Source of the DNA: Mobula hypostoma
Lineage: Eukaryota
Assembly: GCF_963921235.1 (NCBI RefSeq)
Contig: NC_086097.1
Location: 75,826,001 to 75,890,000 of the forward strand
Direction: 5' to 3'
Length of the DNA stretch: 64,000 nucleotides
Each line of letters begins with the position of its first letter. Position 1 is the first letter of the stretch. Below the pieces are notes generated by a model that was not told the origin of the DNA, made no database searches, and saw only the letters and a list, made by a program, of their open reading frames with translations. The translations under genes were made by a program, and so were the position numbers. This document shows positions 38,075-52,317 of this stretch, one piece after another.

Positions 38075-39699
38075 TCTCAAATACAAGGAAATCTGCAGGT
38101 GCTGGAAATTCAAGCAACACACACATAAAATGCTCTTGGCTCCTCCCACTTCCTCCAAACTAAAGGTGTAGCCATGGGCACCCGTATGGGTCCCAGCTGT
38201 CTTTTTGTTGGCTTTGTGGAACAATCCATGTTCCAAGCCTATACTGGTATCCGTCCCCCACTTTTCCATCGCTACATCGACGGCTGCATTGGCACTGCTT
38301 CCTGCACGGATGCTGAGCTCGTTGACTTCATTAACTTTGCCTTCAACTTTCACCCTGCCCTCAAATTTTCCTGGTCCATTTCCGACACCTCCCTCCCCTT
38401 TCTTAATCTTTCTATCTCTATCTACTGATGTCAAGCCTACGGACTCTCACAGCTACCTGGACAATTCCTCTTCCCATTCTATCTCTTGCAAAAATGCCAT
38501 CCCCTTTTCGCGATTCCTCCGTCTCCACCGCATCTGTTCTCAGGATGAGGCTTTTCATTCCAGGACGAAGGAGATGTCTTCCTTTTTTAAAGAAAAGGGC
38601 TTCCCTTCCTCCACCATCAACTCTGCTCTCAAATGCATCTCTCCCATTTCACACACATCTGCTCTCACCCCTTCCTCCTGCCACCCCACTAGGGATATGG
38701 TTCCCCTTGTCCTCACCTATCACCCCACCAGCCTCCGGGTCCAACATATAATTCTCCGTAACTTCCGCCACTTCCAACAGGATCCCACCACTAAGCATAT
38801 CTTCCCCTCCCCGCCTTTCTGCTTTCCGCAACTCCCTTGTCCATTCGTCCCTCCCCATCCCTTCCCACTGATCCCCCTCCCGGCATTTATCCTTGTAAGC
38901 AGAACAAGTGCTACACATGCCCTTACACTTCCTCCCTCACCAACATTCAGGGCCCCAGACAGTCCTTCCAGGTGAGGCGACACTTCACTTGTGAGTTGGC
39001 TGGTGTGATATACTGCGTCCGGTGCTCCCAGTGCAGCCTTCCATATATTGGCGAGATTGGCGAGACCTCACGCAGACTGGGAGACCATTTCACTGAACAC
39101 CTACGCTCTGTCCACCAGAGAAAGCAGGGTCTCCCAGTGGCCACACATTTTAATTCCATGTCCCATTCCCATTCTGATAAATCCATCCATGGCCTCCTCT
39201 ACTGTCAAGATGAAGCCACACTCAGGTTGGAGGAACAACACCTTATATTCCATCTGGGTAGCCTCCAACTTGATGGCATGCACATTGTCTTTTCTAACTT
39301 CCATTAATGCCCCTCCTCCCCTTACCCCATCCCTTATTTATTTATTATTTTTTTCCCCTTTTTTTGTTGCTCTTTTTTCTCCCTCTGTTCCTCTCACTAT
39401 ATCTTCCTCTGGTGCCCCCTCCCCCTTTCTTTCTCCCTAGGCCTCCCGTCCCATGACCCTCTCCCTTCTCCAGCCTCATATCCCTTTTGCCAATCAACTT
39501 TATAGCTCTTGGCTCCATCCCTCCCCCCTCCTGTCTTCTCCTATCATTTTGGATCTCCCCTCCCCCTCCCACTTTCAAATCTCTTACTATCTCTTCTTTC
39601 AGTTAGTCCTGACGAAGGGTCTCGGCCCGGAATGTCGACTGTACCTCTTCCTATAGATGCTGCCTGGCCTGCTGCGTTCCACCAGCATTTTGTGTATTG
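38075..39699 (+). mobile_element. PLE with 11-bp TSD inserted into a CR1 3' end
   Basis: caatccatata at 38064 and 39700; inverted tail at ~38080-38135; GVAMGTRMGPS, RYIDG and VIYCVRCSQC..YIGE motifs; hammerhead-like motif at 39605-39640 with GAAA>GGAA. Confidence 0.93.
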
Positions 39700-39710
39700 C
39701 AATCCATATA

Positions 39711-42050
39711 CCTGTTCAACTGTCTTAAAAATTGTTATTGTACTTGCCTCAGCCACTCCTCTTGCATCTCATTCCACATGTATACCACCCTTGGTGTTAC
39801 AAAAGTTGCCCCTTGTATTCCTCTTAAATCTTTCCCCTCTCACCTTAAACCTATGTCCTCTAATTCTTGATACTTCAACTCTGAAGTCCATTTACCCTAT
39901 TTATGGCTGTCATGATTTTATACACCTCTATTAAGCTTATTCCTTGGAGCAAAGGAGACTGAGGGGCAAAATCCTAACCTCTCCAACCTCTTCCTATAAC
40001 TCAGTTCCTCAATATTTCTGCACTCTTTCTAGTTCAATAATATCTTTCTTATAACAAGGTGACTAAATCTAAACATATTACTCCAAGTGCAGCCTCACCT
40101 GTATAACTGTACCACGACCTCCCAACCTTTATACACAATGCCCTTCTTCGCCACTTTATCTGTGACTCCAATTCCAATGAAACATGGTACTCGTACTCCA
40201 AGGTACCTCTGTTCTGCAACACTCCCCGGTACCCTATTATTCACTTTTAATGTTCTACAATTTTCCAAAATGTAACACCTTGCACTTATCCAAATTAAAT
40301 TACATTTGCCATTCCTGGACCCACTTACTCTGTTGATCAAGATCTTTCAGTAATTTTTGATAACCTTCTTCACTGTCCACTCTACCACCTATTTTAGTGT
40401 CATCTTGGACATTCTGATCCAGATCATTGATATGCCTGACAAACAATAATGGGTCCAGCACTGAACCGAGGCACACCACTAGTCACTGGCCTCCAGACTG
40501 AGTAACACACTGCTAACATCCACTGATTTATTTGCTCAGGCATATGTGTAACCAATTCGCCAGTGCTCCCTGGAGTACATGAAGTGTAACTGTCCAAAGC
40601 AGTCTACCATGTGGAACTATCATTGCTTTGCTACGCTTCTAAGAGGCACATTTACTGCCCTCTAGTCTTCTGGCACCTGACTCTAACAATGATGTAAACA
40701 TCTCAGCCAGAGTTCTCAAATTTTTCCTGCTAGCCTGCTGCAGTATTCTTGGATACTGGAAATTGTCTACCTTCATTCCTTCTGAGACATACAGCTCCTC
40801 CTTTACTGTATCACAGACCATCCCATTTACTTATCCTACTTCCATAGCCTTCATGTCTTCACAGTAAAAATAGCGGAGAAATACTAGACCATAAGACATA
40901 GGAGCAGAATTAGACCATTTGGGCCATTAAGTGCTCTGCTATTCCATCATGGCTGATTTATTATCCTATCCCTCTCAGTCCATTCTCCTGCCTTCTCCCC
41001 ATGACCCTTGACTCCCTTAATAATCAAGAACCTATCAATCTCTGCTTTAAATATACCCATGACTTGGCCTCCGCAGCCCTTTGTGGCAATGAATTCTACA
41101 GTTTCGCTACCCGCTGGCTAAAGAAATTCTTCTTCAACTCTTCTAAAGGGATATCTTTCTCTTCTCAGGCTATGGTCTCTGTTTTTTGACTGCTCCATTA
41201 TAGGAAACATTCTCTCCACATCCACTCTATCTAGGCCGTTCAATATTTGATAGGTTTCAGTGAGGTCCCACTCTTATTCTTCTAAACTCCAGTGAGCCCA
41301 GACCCAGAGCTATCAAGCGCTCCTTGTATGTTAACCCTTTCATTACCAGGATCATTCTTGTGAACCTCCTCTGGACCCTCTCCAATGCTAGCACATCCTG
41401 TCTTAGAAAAAGGGCCCAAAACTGCTCTCAATACTCCATGTGCAGTCTGACCAATGCCTTATAAAGCCTCAGCATTACATCTTTGCTTTTGTATTCTAGT
41501 CCTCTCAAAATGCATGCTAACATTGCATTTCCCTTCCTTACCACCAACTAACCTGGAAGCTAACCTTTAGGGAATTCTGCATGACGATGCCCAAGTCTCT
41601 TTGCATCAGTGATTTCTGAATTTTTACCCTGTTTAGAAAATAGTCTACACCTTTATTCCTTCTACCAAAGTGCATGACCATACAATTTCCTACACTGTAT
41701 TTCTTTGCCCATTCTCCCATTCATTAAGAACCTTGTCCACCTCCTGTAGCTCCACGCAAATGTGTCCCCTTTGGTCGTTGAGGGGTCTTATTCTCTCTCT
41801 AGATTCTGTTTCCCAAAATATAAACAGAAAATCTCTTTTAATATTTTTTAATCTCCTTTGCCAAAGTTTTCTCATGTCACTTTTTTTGTTGCTGATTTCC
41901 TTCTTGAGTATACTTTTACAATCCTTGTACTCCTCCAGCAATTGCTTGATCCCAACCCAACCCATTCCTCCTTTATTCCCAGACAGGATCTCAATACTCT
42001 CATCCTTCAGTGTTTCCTGCTTCTAGAAACTCTCAGATCATGCCCTAAGT
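39711..42050 (-). mobile_element. old CR1 (3' tip at ~37965-38074), itself split by a second CR1 at ~40886-41716
   Basis: CR1 ORF2 motifs in ORFs 40095-40340, 41538-41720 and 41690-41965; ccataagacatagga tail at ~40889. Confidence 0.8.
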
Positions 42051-43599
42051 GAAGCCCCGTGCTTAGTAACCCACCAGCTGCCTTAAGATTCCAAAGGGTA
42101 CTTTCCATTCCATATTGTTTCCTTTCCCATTCCCTTACTGCAGGAAATTATAAATCATTTAATAATTCTGTGGAATTTTTTTTACATTGTTGTGAATGAG
42201 AGGACAGTTTGTTATTTAAGTTTAAATTCTCATCTTGGACTAAAAGCTAGGAAACCTCCTAAACTTGGGGGCCAACATTTCATAGTTTGAAAAGATATGA
42301 CTTCATAGTGAATGAAGTAGCTTTTAACCTCCAGAATTCCCTAAATATAATCTAGCATTTAAGAAAGGAAGTGTGGCAGTCTATCAACCAAAAACCAACT
42401 GGGCTGACAATAGGAGGGGAAAATATTATAACTTATTTTGAAAGATAAGGTAATATGGCACTTGAGAAACCTGATAACAAGCAGAGTTGACATGGTTTTA
42501 TGAAAGCAAAGTCATGTTTGACAAATGTATCAGTAGTTTTGAGGGTATAACTAGCTGCTAACTAAGTGAAACACAAGTTGAACCATTTTGCCCTGTCATT
42601 CAATGTCTTTAATTATATATCATACTTGGATTTAAAATATACAATTGCTATTTTTAGAATTCTAACCCTAGCCTCTTGTTTCCTATCAATATCTTAAAAG
42701 CTCCAATCACAGCTTCCTTTATTGTTCTAAATTACAGGAAATAGACTTAGTTGCTGTCTATCTTCATAATTTAACTCTTTCTTTAGGTTTCCCTTTTGCA
42801 CATCTGATTAGCTTTAGAAAATCCAAATATACTATATCTCCTACCTTCTCACTCAACAGTACAAATGGAAACATTACAAAGATACAAAGGCAAACCTTCA
42901 GTACTGGCATGTGGGCAATCACTCACTTGGGTCCAAAGAGGAAGAGCACACTACCTTCAAAGCACTTAGAATATAGGTTCTAAAGTGAAATAAGCAGTCG
43001 ACATTTTGGTTCAAGACCCTTCAGTAGGACTCTAAAGTGAAATGCCATCCTTGTCCATATATTGTTCAGGTGCAGAAGATATCGAGAGGCTAGTAGAACA
43101 TAGGTTTTTCTGTATAAAGTACTCGAGTACAAGAGGATAGTAATAGTATCTCTATAGGAAGATCTAGTTAGTTCAGTGCAATAGTACGTTTATGCAGCAT
43201 GCAATCCAAAGCAATACTTCCAGCTCAATGGGTAGTACTCAATATCTATGCTCCAGATGAAGTCTAATCAGATCGTTGCAAGGATGTATTTAGCTGGGGA
43301 GAATAGTAACCATCTAGGACTAGACTGAGATGATAATTTGTCTTTTTGAAGGATTGGGGTGGGAGGGCAGGACTGTGAATAATTAGAATTATCTACTACA
43401 GAGAACTGAAGCTGGCTTGTCATGTTTGGAAAAAGTATTAACTGAAACTTTATGAACACAGGTAATTAAGATAGAGTGGGGAAAATAGTCTGAGCTATAT
43501 GTTTAACTACACTATTGAATGTGGAAGTGCTGGCTTGAACATCCAGATGGCCCACTCCTAATTATTAAGTCTTAAATTAAAGGAAAAAAAAATCAATAT

Positions 43600-43806
43600 T
43601 TATTATTTATTTATTGAGATACAGCACGGATCAGGTCCATTCAAGCTGCGCCACTCAGTAACCCCCAACTTTGTCCTAGCACAGGACAATTTACAATGAC
43701 CAATTAACCTACCACCAGATGTCTTTGGATTGTGGGAGGAAACCAGAGCACCCAGAGAAAACCCACACAGGAAGAATGTACTGACTCCTTACAGACGGTG
43801 GCGGGG
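43600..43806 (-). mobile_element. V-SINE-like copy
   Basis: (ttta)n tail and reverse V-domain ctttggattgtgggaggaaaccagagcaccc. Confidence 0.7.
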
Positions 43807-44447
43807 TAAAACTTCCTCAGTACTATACTTAGTAACTACCTACATTCTGGCTAGGATTTTGGAGCAATGTTTGAACCCACAATCCTCTGACTCAGAGGAT
43901 TGGGCATCGTGGAATAATTAATGAAATGTGATTTCTGCATGAAGATATTGAGGTGGGTACTATGCAGGCCTAAACTTTTGAGTTGATGTCCAGCTTGTGA
44001 AACGCTCATTGGATTTACTGATAATTTTCACCTTAACCTTTCCAATTCCTCCTCAGAAAATCTCTGAATGGAATTAACTTACTAGTTTTCCAAAAAGACA
44101 GAAGCACTTTTACATTGATATGGCAATGATTTGAGACCCAGCACCATAGCTTGATTGAAACTAATGTGTGACCAACATGAACCAACACAGGTGGATGAAT
44201 GATTAGGTTATTTTGAAACTATTACAGAAGATAAGGTTCATCACAATAAAATATAATCAAAATGTTTTCTTAACATGATGTTAAAGAGTTTAACAAATAA
44301 AAGCACAAATTCTACAAAGTACGGTGTATAGTACTTAGAGGAATGCATCTTTTATTTAAATCACTTAAACACAAAAATATCAATAGAACCATTTCTAAAT
44401 GTTATTTTAATCCAGAAGGTACACTATTGTATGAAAGGTAACATTAC

Positions 44448-44591
44448 CAATGTTGTAGCCTTTAGGTCCAGCAGGACAGAGTGCAGTGGGAGTGGAGCTT
44501 GATGTTGGACTGGAGTCTGTGGCCTTGGGTCTGTTTTTGCATTCCAAGACCACCAAGTCTCGACACTGTTTGTGACAGTTCATGCCACAGT
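44448..44591 (-). CDS. RASGRP1: RASGRP1 exon (approx. 15), end of C1, 144 nt
   Basis: cacccag|AC TGT GGC...AAC ATT G|gtaatg; [23 protein letters not shown]...; phase 1-1. Confidence 0.92.
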
Positions 44592-45078
44592 CTGGGTGAT
44601 GAAAAATCAACAATTAGAAACACAATATTTGCAACAGCCGAGTAATTTCCGACTAGAAAATTGACAATCTTCAGAAATGCATGCAGCTGGAGGTAAAAAT
44701 TTCCATGCACAGATAGTAGCCAACAATTTTGCAATGTGTGATGTTGCTTTGGGCAGCTATAAACATAGGAAGGTTTTTTTTTCCTCCAAACATAATTAAG
44801 GCCGTAAGACATATGAGCAGAATTAGGCCACTTGGCCCATTGAGTCTGCTGCACCATTTCATCATGGCTGATTTATTAACCCTCTCAACCCCATTCTCCT
44901 GCCTTCTCCCCATAACCTTTGATGCCCAACTAAGAACCTATCAACCTCTGCCTCAAGTATACTCAATGACTTGTCCTCCACAGCTGTTCATGGCAATGAA
45001 TTACACAGCTTCTTCACCCTCAGGCTAAAGAAGTTCCTTCTCATCTCTGTTCCAAATGGATGTTCCTCTTTCCTAAGA

Positions 45079-45752
45079 CCATAGAAACTACAGCACAGAA
45101 ACAGGCCTTTTGGCCCTTCTTGGCTGTGCCAAACCATTTTCTGCCTAGTCCCACTGACCTGCACACGGACCATATCCCTCCATAACCCTCCCATCCATGT
45201 ATCTGTCCAATTTATTCTTAAATGTTAAAAAAGAACCCGCATTTACCACCTCATCTGGCAGCTCATTCCATACTGCTACCACTCTCTGTGTGAAGAAGCC
45301 TCCACTAATGTTCCCTTTAAACTTTTCCCCCCTCACCCTTAACCCATGTCCTCTGGTTTTTTTCTCCCCTTGCCTCAGTGGAAAAAGCCTGCTTGCATTC
45401 ACTCTATCTATACCCATCATAATTTTATATACCTCTATCAAATCTCCCCTCATTCTTCTACGCTCCAGGGAATAAAGTCCTAACCTATTCAACCTTTCTA
45501 TGTAACGGAGTTTCTCAAGTCCTGGCAACATCCTTGTAAACCTTCTCTGCACTCTTTCAACCTTATTTATATCCTTCCTGTAATTTGGTGACCAAAACTG
45601 AACACAATACTCCAGATTCGGCCTCACCAATGCCTTATACAACCTCATCATAACATTCCAGCTCTTATACTCAATACTTTGATTAATAAAGGCCAATGTA
45701 CCAAAAGCTCTCTTTACGACCCTATCTACTTGTGATGCCACTTTTAGGGAAC
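45079..45752 (-). mobile_element. young CR1 3' end with open ORF2 C-terminus
   Basis: ORF 45145-45810 has no stop over LYKALVRPNLEYCVQFWSP...TRGHGL...WNELP. Confidence 0.93.
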
Positions 45753-45894
45753 CTGTTATCTCTGGTCCTAGACTCATCCTCTGTAGGAAATATCCTCTCC
45801 AATTCCACACCGTTAAGGTCTTTTAATTTTCGATAGTTTTCAATGAGACCCCCCCCCCTCATTCTTCTAAACACCAGCAAGCACAGGCCCAGAA

Positions 45895-46632
45895 GGGAGT
45901 GACGAATACAGGGCCCTGGTGGAGGACTTTGTCAAATGGTGCAAGCTGAATCATCTGCAGCTCATCATCAGTAAGACAAAAGAGATGGTGATGGACTTTA
46001 GGAAGACCAAGCCTGCACTGTTACTATTGATGGTGAGGATGTGGTGAGGACCTACAAGAACCTGGGGATACACTTGAGTGGAGCACCAAGACAGAGGCCG
46101 TATACGAGACTGAGGGCCTTTGGAGTATGCAGGCCTCTCCTTCACATGTTCTACCAGTCTGCTGTTGCCATTGCAATCTTCTATTCAGTGGTGAGCTGGG
46201 GCAATGGCATCAACATGGGTGATGCCAACAGGCTCAATAAACAGACTAGAAAGGTTGGCTCTTTTATAGGAGTCAAACTGGACACTGAAAGCTGTAGTAG
46301 AACAAAGGACCGTATGGAAAATCCTGGCAAATCTAGACAATGTTTCTCACCCTCTGCATGCCATCTTGGCCGAACATAGGAGCACTTTTGGTAATAGACT
46401 ATATTACTTCAAAGAGCGCTATATGAGGCCATTCTTACCGTCAGCCATTAGGCTCCCTAATGAGTCAACCTGTAGCTGGGGAAGTGATGATCCTCTCCTA
46501 TTAGACCATTTGAGGTAACTTATTTTTTATTCTTTCTTCCTTCTCCTCTAATATTTGTATATCTGTGCACTTGTAATGCTACTGTGATACTGTAATTTCC
46601 TTTGGGATCAATAAAGTATCTTCCTATCTATC
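45895..46632 (+). mobile_element. Rex1-like LINE fragment nested in the CR1
   Basis: EYRALVEDFVKWCKLNHLQL..SKTKEMVMDFRK; tail gggatcaataaagtatc..tatctatc. Confidence 0.82.
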
Positions 46633-49118
46633 AGATGCTCTTCATACGATAGCCTTTTCATTCCCAGAATCATTCTAGCAAAACTCCTCTGAACACTCCA
46701 ATGCCAGCACATCTTTTCTTAAAGTGCCAAAAACTGCTCACAATACTCCTTTACCAATGTCTTATAAAGCATCAGCATCATATCCTTGCTCTTATATTCT
46801 AGTTCTCTTGAAATGAATGCTAACATTGAATTTGCCTTCCCCACCACCAACTCAACCTGAAAGTTTAGGGAATTCTGCACAAAGACACCCAAGTCCCTTT
46901 GCGCCTCAGATTTTTGAATTTTCTCTCTATTTAGAAAATAGTTTACACTTCTATTGTTTTTTTAACAAAGTGCATGACCGTACACTTCTCTACACCATCT
47001 GCCCATTCTCCCAATTTGTCCAAGTTTTTCTGTAGGTTCCCTGCTTTCTCAGCTCCATTTGACCCTCCACCTATCTTTGTATCATCTACAAACTTGGCCA
47101 CAAAGCCATCAATTTCATCATCTAAATCATTGGCATACAATGTGAAAAGAAGCATTGCCAATATAGACTTCTATAGAATACCACTCGTCACTGGCACCCC
47201 AACCAGAACAGGCCCCCTTTAATTAAGTGCTGTACAATTTTATAGCCTTTAAGTACGATTAGAAAAATGTTAGGTATTTCACAAAACATTTAATTAGTTT
47301 AAAAGCAGCTAAGGTAACTGCAGTGTCAGGATATATAAACTAATAATACTTGCACAAATTTATTTCATTTTGTTATATTTGTTGTTTAAAGGCTCATTCT
47401 TCCTGTTCCTAGGAATATAGAGAAAATGTAAATATAGGTGTCTCCTTTCAATGTTCTGATAGCATTGTTAAAATTTGTAAATAATGCCAGGAGGTCTCTC
47501 CTTTGTTTTATCAGCTTGTATTGTATGTTAACATCTCAGTTAAGGCATTAGTAGTGGTAACCGCACACACATACACACACTCACACTCAGAACTTTCACT
47601 GCATCAGATTGGTCCCAATACTGAAAATGAAATGACTGTGTTCCGTATCACTATGCTTAATTAATATTTTGTGTTTACTGATTCACAACTGACCTTTGAT
47701 CTTGTGCCTAAATATTTTCAGTCTCTCTGGAGTGTTTTGAAGTTATTCTACTTTGTCTGGTAAAAAAAAGTAAATTGCTGCAACTAAAACTGCAGCTTTG
47801 GAATTATTAACCTGCACTGGTAAAGGGGAACTGATCAAAAGTATCTATAAAAGATTTACCCTGATACTGTGTGGATTTGTTGATCAAAAGCCCACCTTGG
47901 GGTGAAAGGCTGTAAGCATCTCATTGACTTCACCAAGGAGAAAGGAAATGCAGTTTGTGATAGAGCAACGCCCAGTGGTCGTCTACTTCAAATATTTATT
48001 ATTGTATTCCTATCACCACAGGTGCTTCCTGATCTTGTGAGTTACTTCAGCAGCTTGTTTTTCAGATTTGTAGCATCCACAGTTATTTAATGAAAGCTTT
48101 CCTTTAAAAAGATAACTTGAGATCATAAAGACCTTTGTAATGAGCTGACCCTAGCCTGCCCTCGTTCCCTGCACAATACCTGCTGCTGCAGCTGACCTGG
48201 ATTCATAACTTATCTCATGAGGCATAGTGGCAATAAGTAGCCACGAGACCCTGGGTGCCGGATTTGAGGACTTGCTCCAGCTGTGCAGATATGTCCATTT
48301 TGGCACTGTCAGGGGCCTCCTTCTGATAGTCAAAGACATTTAAACACAGTTCAGATTGGTGTAAATCATTTTAAAAATGAAACAAATTTATTTGAACTGC
48401 TAAAATTTAAAAACAAGGATTTAAAGGGAAAGGAAAATAAATGATCTAACTCAGCTTTTTAATCAAGGTCGGTGATCTGTTTAAGTAAATTGTATTATTC
48501 TACTTCTGCCTGGAATATAAAGTGGATCCAGCTGCTCGACTCAGTGAGATTCCAGCACACTGGCCTCTAACCTCCAGTTAATGTCATTTGCCTATTGCAA
48601 TGGGCAATAGTGACAGTTAGAGCCAACTGATGGGGATGTCATCAACATTTCAGTATGAAACTGTTGTAATAATCGTTGTCTATCAGTTCAAGCATGATTA
48701 TGCTAGATAATTTTAATGACCATTACAATAACTAATTCCTCATAATACCAAACTGTTTTTTTCTCTTTAGTTATGTTGTACATTACTTTGCTGATAAATT
48801 GATTTTAATTTGTTCCCTTTGGTTTGTGAAGCCATTGTCAATTATTCATACTTTATTTAACTATTCATGCATTGGCAAAATTGTAGCTGTGCATTGCTTG
48901 ATTTCAATAAGCTGGTTAACAAAATCCAGTTTGCTATAGAAATATCAACCAGAGAAAGCAGTTTCTCAATTAGTACCATTCCTCAATGGAATTCGTAAAA
49001 GTGATTCCACTAATGCAACAATTTCACAAAAGTATTTGCATAAACTTGTTCTGCGTATTGAGAGATTACCAAAATGCTTAAGCATAATTAACATGTTTTT
49101 TGAAGAAATGTCATTTAC

Positions 49119-49155
49119 CTCTGCATCTGTATCCTTGTTTAATGACACCCCAGAT
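49119..49155 (-). CDS. RASGRP1: RASGRP1 37-nt exon (approx. 14), middle of the C1 domain
   Basis: tttgcag|ATC TGG GGT GTC ATT AAA CAA GGA TAC AGA TGC AGA G|gtaaat; IWGVIKQGYRCR; restores the frame between neighbouring exons. Confidence 0.96.
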
Positions 49156-49627
49156 CTGCAAAGAATAAACAGATGTTACCTTGGTTTTGTAAATTTTAAA
49201 GAATGAATAGTTAAACCTGTAATTGGACAATTAATTGCATTTCCTGAGAACTAGCCAACAAGGTAACATTTATTCACCATCTCTATATATCTTGTGGACA
49301 TTAACATCAATCACATGATGTGACAGTAGAACTGGTTGTAGCCCAAGTACAATGATGGTAACATCGTTTCTCTAAAGTTGGGTTATTACAACACTGTTAC
49401 AACTCTAATAAATTTCCAGGTACTATCTCACAAATCACATGATTTAACTAATTCAGGTTCACTGCATGTTCAAGTGAGATTTTAATTTACAAACCCAGCA
49501 TGATTACCATTAAAATGTTTTATGTATTATCTAAGTGCTGCTGGAATAATTACTTGTCAAAAACTATCTGGCTATTTTACATCTGATTCAGAGGCAGGCC
49601 AGGAAATGATGGGAGAAAATTGCTTAC

Positions 49628-49772
49628 AAATCCAGCACAATTGTCACAGAAGGTAGGCTTCAGATATGTTGTCTCTTGGAAATTATGGAGAAAGCCTTGG
49701 ACTGACTTTGAGAAGATGGAACTGGACCTCATGAAATAAGCTGTAATCTCCTCTCTGCTTATTAGTCCTTCA
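49628..49772 (-). CDS. RASGRP1: RASGRP1 exon (approx. 13), EF hand 2 and start of C1, 145 nt
   Basis: ttttccag|T GAA GGA...GGA TTT|gtaagc; (C)[48 protein letters not shown]. Confidence 0.97.
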
Positions 49773-52317
49773 CTGGAAAACGAGAATTTTTCATTAGTGC
49801 AGCTTTTACATACAAGTGGAACAAATATTTAACTGGAGCTCTGCGTAAACTATTTGGTAAAAATGGTAGCAAAAGCAGACTTCAGGCTTTGGTAAAAATT
49901 ATAATCTGCAATAATCACTGCAAACTATACTTTCTGCCACATTTTAAATAACGCACAAGTGAAAACATTATTGAGTACAATTAAGCTATGCTGTCATAAA
50001 CAAACCCGTACTTGGGCAATCATTCGTGTGACACTCAGGAATAAAACAGTGCTGCATGACGACATTGATTTACTTAATAGAAGAGTCAAAGATGTGTGCT
50101 TAGCTTACTATATTCTGTGTGCACTTTTTGAGAGTAAAAGACAATTGATGTAAAGATGTAATATGTTTTGCTTCAGAATTGGGTAATATTCACTGTTTTA
50201 ATGGCTGCAATCTGCCTCTGGTTTTTCGTGAGTGCCATTAGCTGCTGGCTTTTTTGCCACCATTTTGGTGCTGGACAGGTGCGGTGAAGCCATTAAGCTG
50301 TAAATTTTACTTCTCTATTGCAATAGTAGTGAGCACTAAGCTGCATGTTAAACTCCTGACCATGAATGGATTTAGATTTCTGATGCAGGATAAGTAATGA
50401 AAAACCTTAATGGTACTCCTGTCAAAACTGACAAAAGTTTTCAAAAATTTATCATGCTATTTTAACAATTGCTGATGAAACACAAATGGACTGAGTTCAA
50501 ACACACCAGTAAAACCCATTATGCCATAGTCTTCAAATGGTAATACTTAACTGTAAAGACAGTAGTGATATTCTTTTAAGTACATTTCTGATTCTTTGCT
50601 GAAATGGCTTGCAGAGAACTGGCCTACTAAGAATCCATTTTTAAAAATATAATGTCAGATATACTCCTGTTTTCCCTTTGTCAAGTGTTGCTTAAGAGAA
50701 TGTGTTGTATTTAGACTAATAAACCAAGTGTGAATATAGTGGTGGCACATTTATTTCACTATCTCTGTTCTCCAGTATCAAGCATTACAATTACTGTGTA
50801 AGCCTGCGAGTATTGCACTTGTACAATTGGCCTACAGGATATACAATGAGTTGGTTCATGTAGACCTTTGTTAATTTAGTGTGCCAGTTTGTTGCTTCAC
50901 ATGTAAATTTGTTCATTTCTTTGCACTTAGAATTTTCTGTATCCTGCTGGAGACCTGAGTGAGTCATGCCTATATTTATAGAAATAAATACTTGTTATAA
51001 TTGCTAAACAAAAAATAATAGCCATGCAAGAATGGTGATGGTGCTGTCTGTGAAGAGTTTGCATGTTCTGCCCATGTGTTTCCTCCCATCTCCTAAAGGG
51101 GTCAAGGTAGGTTAATTAACTGCAGTAACATACTCGAAAGGGTTGTGATTGATGGGAATATGTGAGCAAATTGATTTGCAGGGATGTGGTGAAATAAGAG
51201 GGAGCACGAGTCCAATGGATTTGCTTCCCTATAGCTGGTGTGTATCTGATTGGGGGTGGAGGGGGGGAGATAGCTTTTGTCCATTCTTTGTAAGATTAAG
51301 GTACTCAGTATAAATCATGGAGATTTTAGGGAAGGAGCAGAAAAGCTTGATTCAATTATGGTATGAAAAATTGAGGGCTATTGAGGAGGAACTGGGGCAA
51401 ACCTGCTTCCAATGAAAATAGGGTTTAATGCAAAGCCATAAGGTAATTAGGAAAATCACCAAAGAGATGAAGGAGAAAATCTTTTGTTTAACCAGTGAAC
51501 AGTGAGTTGAAGGTGAGGGAATAAGGAAATATGCAACACATGGTAAAACTTGGAAAGGAACGTTGAAAGCAGGCCTGGAAGATGAATTGGGATAAATTAG
51601 TTGCAATGAGATTTTCTTCCATCTACAACTATGAATTTAGACAGATTAGATACAGAAAGAAAAAATGGAGAGATTGAAATGAGAATGGATGGCAGAAAAC
51701 ATGTAAAATCTCAAAAATAAATTTCTACCTTCCAACTTTATTCTTTTTTGAATTGAGAGTGAGTTGCATTGAACGAATGAATACATAATGATAGATTTTG
51801 TCATTTAATAGTGGTTTTAAATTATATTTGCAACACAATCTTCAGCATTTTGAAGCCTCTCAAGAGACTGGGAGTGAATTCCTCTTGTTAAACTAACAAA
51901 GCATTTTCACACTTTGTACCTGGCAATTTCTGACTTCATTACTCTTCTTGACACAAACCGCTGGAATTCTACAGATAATGCGTGACTTTATTATAGACAT
52001 AGAATTTGTTAGCAAAACTATCACATTCCAAGGGAGTTGTTTTCCCTTATTCAAGTACATAATCAACAAAGCCATAGAAAAAGAGCAGGGGAATGAGAAT
52101 AATGGGTTAATGCTTTCAAAGACCTGGCATGCATCTAAAATGTCTTCCTTGAATACTGTTGCATGCGTGTGTAATAAAAGTACAAACTCAAAAAAAACTG
52201 GGATTATGATCTGAACATTTAACTCTTTCAGTCATACTAAAAACATTCAATTCTGTTGGAATGCATGCCATCATACTTTCGGGACATTTTACACCATTGT
52301 GAAATTGCTTTACCTAC

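Larger units (their letters stand above)
44800..47220 (-). mobile_element. older CR1 hosting two nested insertions
   Basis: Segments 44800-45078, 45753-45893 and 46633-47220; LFTLY.NDLD...KFVDDTKIGG in ORF 46943-47161. Confidence 0.82.
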
